Below are positions 1-7,613 of a DNA stretch of 24,884 nt, one piece after another. The DNA is from Myxococcota bacterium (GTDB taxonomy: Bacteria > Myxococcota > UBA4151), in contig JBDQPD010000048.1 in assembly GCA_040260805.1 (NCBI GenBank), positions 1 to 24,884 of the forward strand, given 5' to 3'. Under the pieces are notes generated by a model. The model had not been told where the DNA came from and searched no databases. It was given only the letters and a program-made list of their open reading frames with translations. A program made the position numbers and the translations under genes. The first letter of the stretch is position 1, and the number at the start of each line of letters is the position of its first letter.

Positions 1-881
1 ACCCGGAAAAGTCTGCCAGGGTTCGCCGCCAGTCGATACCAATCGTCCAACTCAGAGCGAAACTGCAGCGCCTCTTCTCGAACCGAAGGCATGGGACGAC
101 TTGCCCCGCTCAAGGAGGTCATCCACGCCGGGAAGCAGGCGTTCGCTGTTTTCGGCACGCCCGTACGCGGCAGAAGATCCATCTTGGTCAAAGCCACACG
201 GATCGCGCCATGAACGCTGGTGTTGAGGAAGTCCATGGCGGTCGCCATCGAGGTCGAGCGCTCACCCCCTGCGTCTCGCTCAGCGAACGCGACGCTGGGG
301 AGATGAGCCGCAGCTTGCTTTACGCGGCCCTCAAAATCATTAGATGCCCCGAGAAACGGACGCCACTCCCCGCGCAGTGGCAGCTCGCCGACTCCAGCTT
401 GAGCTGTCGGCAGGACCGTTCCACGCGCCAACGCTTCGGCGCCGAGGCGAGCCAAGGCGACCAAGCCGCTAAAACTCGCTCCGTGGCGAAGGTTAGGCGG
501 GAGTTCAACGTCTGCCAAACTCAGCAAGTGCGCCATCGCCGCGTCAGCCTCTACGACCTGGACCGGTATACGCCAGGGCTGAAGTCTGGGCGCAGTCCCG
601 TTGACCGCCTCACCATGGCTTTGATCGTTCAGCGTGGGGCTCGCCAGCGGTGCCCCTGGAAGGCTCGGCAGCTCAAGCACGACAGCGCCCGGCTCAAAGC
701 GATAACCCTTCCCGCCAAACAGCCGGGTCGGAAACCGCAAGCCTTTCGGGCTCAACGCAAACGGGTGGACGGCGACGCTGCCTGGTACAACGGCTTCTTC
801 GAGCGACGCTGGAAGGTCGGTGTCTTCGCACCAAAGAGCGAGTTGTTTATCTTTGCTCCAGAGAGCGTGAAGAACGAGCAA
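1..881 (-). CDS. SNF2/SWI2-family helicase (HelZ-like), N-terminal part; runs off the window start
   Basis: Absent from the ORF track because there is no stop in the window. Manual translation from TTG at 881 (GGAGG at 890-886) is open to base 1: MLVLHALWSKDKQLALWCED...HPFA...LELPSLPGAPLASP...PWRIP...MDLLP...FRV. This matches my recollection of the mycobacterial HelZ-type N-terminus (MLVLHGFWS...LWAED...HPFA...LPSL..APL.SP). The ATPase motifs lie outside the window. Confidence 0.8.
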   Translation of the reverse strand, partial: MLVLHALWSKDKQLALWCEDTDLPASLEEAVVPGSVAVHPFALSPKGLRFPTRLFGGKGYRFEPGAVVLELPSLPGAPLASPTLNDQSHGEAVNGTAPRLQPWRIPVQVVEADAAMAHLLSLADVELPPNLRHGASFSGLVALARLGAEALARGTVLPTAQAGVGELPLRGEWRPFLGASNDFEGRVKQAAAHLPSVAFAERDAGGERSTSMATAMDFLNTSVHGAIRVALTKMDLLPRTGVPKTANACFPAWMTSLSGASRPMPSVREEALQFRSELDDWYRLAANPGRLFR

Positions 882-1069
882 GCAGCCTCCAGGAGATCGA
901 AAGAAACCTCCACCGTGTTCGGTCTTTAGCACAGCTTCTGCCGTTGCAAAGCCATAAGCCGATTTAATCTCACACGATGAACACTCAAGAGACCCTTGTA
1001 CCCCCTGTCGCCTGCCGCCCGATTCGTATACGGATGCGACGCAGAGGTACCAAGTGGAGGCAGTTCGCC

Positions 1070-2347
1070 ATGACGTTCGTTCAGCCTGTAGCCTTTGCGT
1101 TGCTTGTGCTCGGGTCGGTCGCCGAGGCGAACCCCGCAGCCGCTCCCCCAGCCGCGCGAGCGGCGTCTCAGGTGACTCATATCGGCCCCCTCAAGCTAGC
1201 TGCCCTGCCTCTGAACTCAGGCTCGACCAAGCTCAAGCCCGAGCTGGTCAAGGTTCTCAATGAGTTGATGTTGACGCAGGTCAGCGCAGACGGGCGCATC
1301 GGACAGTTGATCAGCGGGTCAGACCTTACTGATCTGCTGAACCTTGAGCAACAAAGGGAGGCGCTTGGCTGCGAGGCTACCGAGTGCATGACTCAACTCG
1401 CCAAGGCGATTGATGTCCCTTACTTGCTGGTGGCTCAGGTGGGCTTTATCGCTGAGCAGGTCGTCTTCAATGCGAAAATTCTAGATGTTAGCCAGGCTAA
1501 TGTGATCGTCAGATCAGGTGGCCTAGTCGACACCACAGACGCCTTGCCTGGCCTGGTCACCCGGACCGTCAAAGAGGTCCTCAAGGGCTTTGTCGGACAC
1601 ACCCAACCGACCGTAAACTCGGCGCGAGACAAGACCCTTGAATCAGCCCAGGCACTGGCTGTTTTGGACCTAGAAGCGGTTCATGGTGTCAAAGCCTCCA
1701 TGGCTGAAGTGCTCTCGGATATTTTGCTCTCACGCTTGGCTGAATCTCGGCGTTTCAGTTCGATCATTGCCGGCGAAGACCTGCGCGACATTTTGAGCCT
1801 AGAAGAGCAAAAGGCAGCGACCGGCTGCGCTGATGACAGCTGTATGACCGCGCTCGGCGGCGCGCTAGGCGTTCCGCTCATGGCGGTCCCAAGCATCGGT
1901 CGTATTGGCGACCAGTTCATCCTCAACCTGAAGGTCATCCAGGTTGAGGAAGCCAAAGTGGTGGCTCGCAAGAGCGCCACAGCGCAAAAGGAGACCGATC
2001 TTCCCAAAGCGGTGCTGCAGCTCAGCGAAGACGCTCTGGAGGCTTTATTCGGCGCCGATGCGACCATGACCGCTGGGCAGCTCGAGCGCCGATTGCAGCG
2101 CAACCTCATGCGGCGCTCCGCGATGGTGCTCGCCTTGGGCGCGCTGGGAACCATGGGCTGGTCGGTTGTTGATTTGGGTCAGGCACAAGCGGCGCATGAC
2201 GACCCGGCGACTGGACTGAGCACCGACACCTTCGATCAGCTTTTAGCGGCCCAAGAGGTAGCGGTGACGGCACGCTGGGCTTCGATTGGCGGGGCTGCGC
2301 TTGCGGGCGCACTGTGGACGCTTGCGCCCGCTATCGACCCCCCTTAG
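1070..2347 (+). CDS. Exported/membrane protein with two tandem CsgG/TolB-N-like alpha/beta domains and C-terminal hydrophobic helices
   Basis: ORF 977..2347; start at ATG 1070 preferred (GGAGG at 1056-1060, signal-peptide-like N-terminus). Internal duplication: DLTDLLNLEQQREALGCEATECMTQLA vs DLRDILSLEEQKAATGCADDSCMTALG. Confidence 0.65.
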   Translation: MTFVQPVAFALLVLGSVAEANPAAAPPAARAASQVTHIGPLKLAALPLNSGSTKLKPELVKVLNELMLTQVSADGRIGQLISGSDLTDLLNLEQQREALGCEATECMTQLAKAIDVPYLLVAQVGFIAEQVVFNAKILDVSQANVIVRSGGLVDTTDALPGLVTRTVKEVLKGFVGHTQPTVNSARDKTLESAQALAVLDLEAVHGVKASMAEVLSDILLSRLAESRRFSSIIAGEDLRDILSLEEQKAATGCADDSCMTALGGALGVPLMAVPSIGRIGDQFILNLKVIQVEEAKVVARKSATAQKETDLPKAVLQLSEDALEALFGADATMTAGQLERRLQRNLMRRSAMVLALGALGTMGWSVVDLGQAQAAHDDPATGLSTDTFDQLLAAQEVAVTARWASIGGAALAGALWTLAPAIDPP

Positions 2348-2352
2348 AGGCT

Positions 2353-3120
2353 CTAGAACACTAGATCGATCACCGGCATGAAGTCGTTCGAGCGAGCGCC
2401 GCCCATCGCATGACTGTCTGAGTTGAGCCAGGCGACGCCTAAGCTGAGTCGATTAGAGCGCCCATCAGCCCCTCGCCACAGCCCGACATCGAGCACCTGG
2501 CGGACCAGCAACATCATCGGGTTGTCGGCAACGCCAGTGGCATAAAGATCAAGGCTGGTGCGTGAACGAAGACCGCTCGAAAGGAGGCGATCGTAGGTCG
2601 CGCCCAGTCTCGCTCGGTAGCCGTCGGTCGCCGGCGCAAAGAGCAGGTCAAGCCAACCCTCACCAGGGCTTTGGACGTGACGGTCGGGCTGAGTGAACGC
2701 GACGCCTAAGGTTACGTCGCTGCGTACCGTGTAGACCCGTTTGTCATTGCCTTTTGACCAGGTCAGACCGGCACGCGGGACCACCATCCAAGGGATCTCC
2801 ACGTCGTTCGGGAAGAAGGTTCCCGCGCTGTCGCCTTGAACCATGCGCATGGCATAGGTCGGCACCCCAGCGCCCCACTCAATACTGAGTTTGCCGCCAC
2901 CGAGTTCACCGTGGTCGAACCGCAGCGCGAAGTGCGGACTTACGAGCGCCACTAGGGGATGCAAACGCAGCTCGAGGTTGTCACGCAACCCCACGCGCAA
3001 GGGGCTAAAGACGCCAGTCTCCCATTGACCTTTTTTGAGCAACTCGGAGGTATCAAGTGGCTCGATAGCTTGAGCCGGCAGCGACACCCCTGCGAATAAG
3101 ACCATCAGGAGATATTTCAT
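2353..3120 (-). CDS. Secreted protein, probable outer-membrane beta-barrel
   Basis: Signal peptide MKYLLMVLFAGVSLPAQA, amphipathic strand-like segments, and a C-terminal Phe (VIDLVF). The ATG at 3120 overlaps the upstream stop (ATGA). Confidence 0.55.
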   Translation of the reverse strand: MKYLLMVLFAGVSLPAQAIEPLDTSELLKKGQWETGVFSPLRVGLRDNLELRLHPLVALVSPHFALRFDHGELGGGKLSIEWGAGVPTYAMRMVQGDSAGTFFPNDVEIPWMVVPRAGLTWSKGNDKRVYTVRSDVTLGVAFTQPDRHVQSPGEGWLDLLFAPATDGYRARLGATYDRLLSSGLRSRTSLDLYATGVADNPMMLLVRQVLDVGLWRGADGRSNRLSLGVAWLNSDSHAMGGARSNDFMPVIDLVF

Positions 3121-4247
3121 GGGAGCATCCATTTCACAACGACGGGTGCGTGATCGCTCAGCTGCATGGGATCAGAGACGATACCTGCTCCGCTGACCGT
3201 GTAGTCGGCCCCGTCCCCGGGACGTTGTAAGACCTCGCCTTCGTCTCCAGCAAAGCTCGTGTTCGTGAAGAGATAATCGAGTTTGCGGTTCCAGAAGTGC
3301 GCTTGACCGTTGTCATCAACAGGCGGCGCCACGGTGTGCGAATACCAACGCGACTGCCCAGCTTCATCAGCGCCCTCGTAGGCGGCAAGCGGCATGTGGG
3401 CTTGGTATGAATCAAAGAAGGGCTGCATCGCATCGAGTTTGTACGGAGCGCCCTGAAAATCGGTCTCCTCCGGGACGGGCTCTTCATCGTCAAACTCGTC
3501 GTGCTTGATCGTTCCGGGTGGAATCGCATTGAAGTCCCCGCCGACAATAAAAGAGGTGCTCAAGCCATCGATCAACTGCTTGATCTGGACCAGATGCTTT
3601 CCGTTGGTGCCGTCGTTGTCGTAGGCTGCCGTGTGCACGTTGATCGCATCGACGATCCGTCCACCGCCGACGTCGAGTTTGGCATGCACGATGCCACGGT
3701 GAAGATAAAAAGCCTGCGTCAGCGCGTCCTGATCGGTTCGATCGGCTTGGGCGATGCGCTTGGCTTCGGTGATCGGGTACTTACTGTAGATGACGATTCC
3801 GCTGTCCACTCGACCCAGACCCTGTGTTGCCACAAACCGAGCCTGCCAAACGGGGACGAAGGCTGCGTAGTTCAAGGAGGTCTCTTCGAGCACCATCTGC
3901 ACCATATTCTTGTAGGCGGTGCGCTTCGAGTTGCGCTCGACTTCTTGCGCCATCAAAACATCGGGGTCGACCTCATTGATCAGACCGATCAAGGCCTTGA
4001 TATTGGTCTCGGCTTCGGTCTCGGTCATGATCGCTCGATCGCCCCAATAATCGAACCAAAAGTTAATCCGAGCGCCGCCATATTTGAGGTTCCAACTCAT
4101 CACTTTGAGTTCAGCGGGCTGTGCGGGTGGATCAACGATCGTCGCCGCCGAGGTCACCGAGGTCGCCTCTTCACCCTCCCATGAAGTGTAGAGAGGTTCG
4201 CAGCCCACCCAGACTAAGAGTGAAGTGACGCAAAGGATTCGGCGCAT
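3117..4247 (-). CDS. Endonuclease/exonuclease/phosphatase (EEP) family protein, probable lipoprotein
   Basis: EEP motifs MSWN, AQEV, NVH, GGDFN, KLDYLF and SDH. Start at ATG 4247 after AAGGGAG, with signal MRRILCVTSLLVWVGC. Confidence 0.88.
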   Translation of the reverse strand: MRRILCVTSLLVWVGCEPLYTSWEGEEATSVTSAATIVDPPAQPAELKVMSWNLKYGGARINFWFDYWGDRAIMTETEAETNIKALIGLINEVDPDVLMAQEVERNSKRTAYKNMVQMVLEETSLNYAAFVPVWQARFVATQGLGRVDSGIVIYSKYPITEAKRIAQADRTDQDALTQAFYLHRGIVHAKLDVGGGRIVDAINVHTAAYDNDGTNGKHLVQIKQLIDGLSTSFIVGGDFNAIPPGTIKHDEFDDEEPVPEETDFQGAPYKLDAMQPFFDSYQAHMPLAAYEGADEAGQSRWYSHTVAPPVDDNGQAHFWNRKLDYLFTNTSFAGDEGEVLQRPGDGADYTVSGAGIVSDPMQLSDHAPVVVKWMLP

Positions 4248-4323
4248 AGGATGCTCCCTTGCCGCAACGTGCGGCATGGGCGAACATCGTCTAGACGATC
4301 CCGAGGTGTAAAGGGGCTGCGAG

Positions 4324-4944
4324 ATGAGTGTGACGTCAACACGGCAGTTAAGCTTGATCGCTCGCCCGCGAATTTTGGTGACTGGCTTTGGACCATTTCC
4401 TGGCGTTCCAAGCAACCCGACCGCCGATCTCGTGCGCTCTCTCCCGAGGCGCCTGATGGGGCTCAAGGTCCACCGGCGTGTCTTACCCGTCACCTGGGAA
4501 CGCGCCACTCCCGCTTTGGCCCGGGGGGTTGATCAGGTGGTCCCTCATCTGGTCCTGATGCTCGGTGTCGCCACCCAGGATATGACGGGCAGACTCGAGA
4601 ACAGAGCCTTTAATCGGCTTGATGGTCGCCCCGACGCCGAAGGGGCGCTCATGCTTCCCGGACCGATCGTCCCGACCAGGCCAATGGACCACAGCCGATC
4701 ATGTCACTGGCCGATCGAGCATTTGGTCAAATCGCTTCATCTCGGGGGGCACCAGCTTACCGAGTCCAATAATGCGGGCCGTTATTTATGCAATCACACC
4801 TACTACAACGCATTTGATTGCCCGGCTCCAGCGGGTGTGGGCTTTCTCCATGTGGCGCCCGGGCCATTGGAGAACCGCCACGATCCAAGGCGACGCCTGA
4901 TCCTCGATTTGATCAGAGCTCTTGACCTGTGGCTTCGGACTTAA
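4324..4944 (+). CDS. pcp: Pyroglutamyl-peptidase I (peptidase C15)
   Basis: ILVTGFGPF..NPT, LPVTW, LENRA (Glu), NAGRYLCN (Cys) and GFLHV (His): the catalytic triad is present. Confidence 0.9.
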   Translation: MSVTSTRQLSLIARPRILVTGFGPFPGVPSNPTADLVRSLPRRLMGLKVHRRVLPVTWERATPALARGVDQVVPHLVLMLGVATQDMTGRLENRAFNRLDGRPDAEGALMLPGPIVPTRPMDHSRSCHWPIEHLVKSLHLGGHQLTESNNAGRYLCNHTYYNAFDCPAPAGVGFLHVAPGPLENRHDPRRRLILDLIRALDLWLRT

Positions 4945-5701
4945 AGATCCGAGAAGCTAATCGCGATCCGCCGACGACGATGCCGGGATAGGAACCAGGG
5001 ATCATCATCCACAAACTCGCCAGCGCGCCAAAAGTGAGCACCGGAACAGCGTGTCGACGGAGTATGCGAATGCGTTGCGATAGCCCCAGGCCTGCTCGAG
5101 CAAAGCTTGGGTCGAGGGCGTCAAGAGCGACGCACACAGCGCTCCAAAGCCAACCCAGGACCACAAAGGCGACACCGACCACCGGGATCAAGCCGAGCAG
5201 CATAAAGACCAAGGAGCCACACAACCAAACCACCATAATGATGGACACCGATAACGCGGAGGTTGCGAGACCTAAGCCCTTGCCCGGTGCGTGCCAGCCC
5301 TCGTGACGCTCCACCGCAAGGGCTAATCGATCGAGCAAGGGTAAACTGATCAAAAAACCGATCTGATAACCGAGCACCACGCAGCTCAACAATCCGACAG
5401 GCCAAGCGACGAGTCCGGTCAGGAGCGATCGAAACCAGCCCTCATCCAAGAGATAAGACAGCGCCGGATCGACAATCCCCGCAACCCAATCCACGCCATG
5501 ACTGACCCCTAAACTCAACCCTGCGATCACCATCACAACCGAGATCGTAAATGGAACGAGCGATAAGGCAGCGATCTTCTTGCCCATGGTGAACGCAAGC
5601 ATTGGAGCCACTAGACCAGAACTCAAGCCGGTGCCGGCAAGCGACGGTTGCTCAGATGATGGTGCGCTGGCAGGAAGCGGCTCAGGCGAGGGTGTAGTCA
5701 T
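4913..5701 (-). CDS. EI24/CysZ-like membrane protein
   Basis: Multiple TM helices, with PLLDRLA..VE, L.LIPVVG and LDP..AR.GL..SQR patterns typical of the EI24/CysZ family. Confidence 0.75.
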   Translation of the reverse strand: MTTPSPEPLPASAPSSEQPSLAGTGLSSGLVAPMLAFTMGKKIAALSLVPFTISVVMVIAGLSLGVSHGVDWVAGIVDPALSYLLDEGWFRSLLTGLVAWPVGLLSCVVLGYQIGFLISLPLLDRLALAVERHEGWHAPGKGLGLATSALSVSIIMVVWLCGSLVFMLLGLIPVVGVAFVVLGWLWSAVCVALDALDPSFARAGLGLSQRIRILRRHAVPVLTFGALASLWMMIPGSYPGIVVGGSRLASRIFKSEATGQEL

Positions 5702-7613
5702 GGCGCAATGGTCCTTTGACGAGGCATGTGAAGCTTACGGTGTCCCCCATTGGGGCGCACCCTATTTTTCAATCGGATCCTCCGGGCAGGTTTGCGTCCA
5801 TCCGGATGGTGACCCGAGCCATGCCACAGCCATGGGCGATCTGGTTAATAAACTGGTGGAACAAGGCTTTAGACCACCACTAGTCCTTCGCTTTCCACAG
5901 ATTATTGGTCATCGGCTGCAATTGATTCAGAGCGCTTTTGATGAAGCGATCGCCGCCACTGATTATCGGGGGGGGTACCAAGGCGCGTATCCGATCAAGG
6001 TCAACCAGCAACAACGCGTCGTGGGCGCAATCCTCGAACAGTCGAGCGCAACGGGCCTAGGTTTAGAGGCAGGATCAAAGCCCGAACTGATGATCGCGAT
6101 GGCGCTTCAAAAGCGATCCAACCTGATTCTGTGCAACGGCTTTAAGGACGCCGAATACCTTCAGACCGCTCTCCACGCACAGCTGCTCGGGCTCGACGTG
6201 ATTGTGATCATTGAGCGTCTCGATGAGCTCCCCTTGCTGCTCAGCCTCGCCTCAGAGGCAGAAGTTCGTCCCCGAATTGGCTTGCGCGCACGCTTGCGCG
6301 GCCGCGGCTCAGGGAAATGGGCAGCCTCGAGCGGCGATCGAAGCAAATTTGGGCTGACCTCGGCAGAGATGCTCAGCGCAGTCGACCTCTTGCGCCAAAA
6401 CCAAGCGCTCGATTGCCTCCACTTGCTACACTTTCACGCAGGATCCCAAATCAACGACTTAGAGCCGCTCCGGCACAGCCTTCAAGAAGCGACCCGTCTC
6501 TTGCTCGAACTCCGTCAACTCGGCGCCCACAACCTCGACAACTTAGACATCGGTGGCGGCTTAGCCGTCGACTATGATGGGAGTCAGGGCAACTCGTCGC
6601 TTTCAAAGACCTACACACTTGAGGAGTATGCCCGAGCCGCTGTCGATGAAGTCAGCTCGCTGTGTGACGCGGCAGGCGAAGCTCATCCTCGTCTTTTGAC
6701 GGAGGCAGGACGAGCGACGGTCGCACACCATAGCTTGCTGGTGGTGGAGGTCATCGGTGAAGATGGCACGCTGCATCAACGCCACCTCGCCGAACCTAGC
6801 GCCCCTCTACCCACGGCGCTTCAGCAAGCTATCAATGAGGTCGAGTCACCGACCGGATCACTCGCTCAAAAACAAAATTATATTGAGTCTTTAGAGCAAC
6901 TTACAAGCTCCTTGTTCAAGTCCGGACAGATTAGTCTAGAGACTCGGGCCTATGCCGAGTCGATCGAGCGGCTTGCCCTGAATAAGCTGCGTCTAGAGAG
7001 CCGCCAACACGACGCTCCACCCATGGGTATCACCGAGCTCGACAATCACCTCGCAGAGACTTGGTACGCTAACTTTTCGCTCTTTCAGTCCTTGCCTGAT
7101 CACTGGGCGATCGATCACGATTTCCCGATCATGCCGCTGCAACGGCTCGATGAACGCCCTGAACACCGTGTCCATATTGGGGACATCACCTGCGATTCAG
7201 ATGGCGAGATTCGACGCTTTGTCGCCGACCAAAGGGTGGCTGGGTTCTTACCCGCCCATCAACTCAACGATAAACCGTACTACCTAGGTATCTTCCTCGT
7301 CGGCGCCTACCAAGAGATCTTGGGCGATCTACACAACCTCTTTGGCGACCCCGACGCCATCGAAATCCAAGTCAAGGCCGGCGTCGCTCGAGTCGATTAT
7401 CATGACTCAGGCAACTCGATCGAAGAGGTACTCTCGCAGGTCGGTTACCACGAAGAGTTCTTGATGAGGCGCATCATGGCGGCAGGTCAGGCAGAGCATG
7501 AAGAGCGGCAATTACCGCTGGCTAAAATTCGTCTGATCGCCGAGCAATACCGGCGAGACCTATCGGGATACACTTATCTCGAACCCATCGAGTCACGCGA
7601 GGAGTCCTCCTGA
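5700..7613 (+). CDS. speA: Biosynthetic arginine decarboxylase
   Basis: YPIKVNQ (PLP lysine), GLEAGSKPEL, CNGFKD, SKFGL, HFHAGSQI, GGGLAVDYDG, NFSLFQSLPD.W, DITCDSDG and GAYQEILGDLHNLFG. Start at ATG 5700 (MAQWS...) preferred over 5580. Confidence 0.96.
   Translation: MAQWSFDEACEAYGVPHWGAPYFSIGSSGQVCVHPDGDPSHATAMGDLVNKLVEQGFRPPLVLRFPQIIGHRLQLIQSAFDEAIAATDYRGGYQGAYPIKVNQQQRVVGAILEQSSATGLGLEAGSKPELMIAMALQKRSNLILCNGFKDAEYLQTALHAQLLGLDVIVIIERLDELPLLLSLASEAEVRPRIGLRARLRGRGSGKWAASSGDRSKFGLTSAEMLSAVDLLRQNQALDCLHLLHFHAGSQINDLEPLRHSLQEATRLLLELRQLGAHNLDNLDIGGGLAVDYDGSQGNSSLSKTYTLEEYARAAVDEVSSLCDAAGEAHPRLLTEAGRATVAHHSLLVVEVIGEDGTLHQRHLAEPSAPLPTALQQAINEVESPTGSLAQKQNYIESLEQLTSSLFKSGQISLETRAYAESIERLALNKLRLESRQHDAPPMGITELDNHLAETWYANFSLFQSLPDHWAIDHDFPIMPLQRLDERPEHRVHIGDITCDSDGEIRRFVADQRVAGFLPAHQLNDKPYYLGIFLVGAYQEILGDLHNLFGDPDAIEIQVKAGVARVDYHDSGNSIEEVLSQVGYHEEFLMRRIMAAGQAEHEERQLPLAKIRLIAEQYRRDLSGYTYLEPIESREESS

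Noticed and set aside
210..967. Plus-strand ORFs 210..929 and 650..967
   Set aside because: They are shadows of the minus-strand SNF2 helicase frame and have no recognisable motifs.
3501..4184. 227-aa plus-strand ORF, and similar long antisense ORFs at 11725..12339, 17245..17820, 21880..22566 and 24288..24854
   Set aside because: They lie antisense to well-supported genes, which is expected in GC-rich DNA.
4248..4508. Long N-terminal extensions in the ORF track (EEP from 4508, speA from 5580, queG from 14335, rplS from 16433)
   Set aside because: Most overlap neighbouring genes, and the downstream starts have a better RBS, coupling or family-typical N-terminus.
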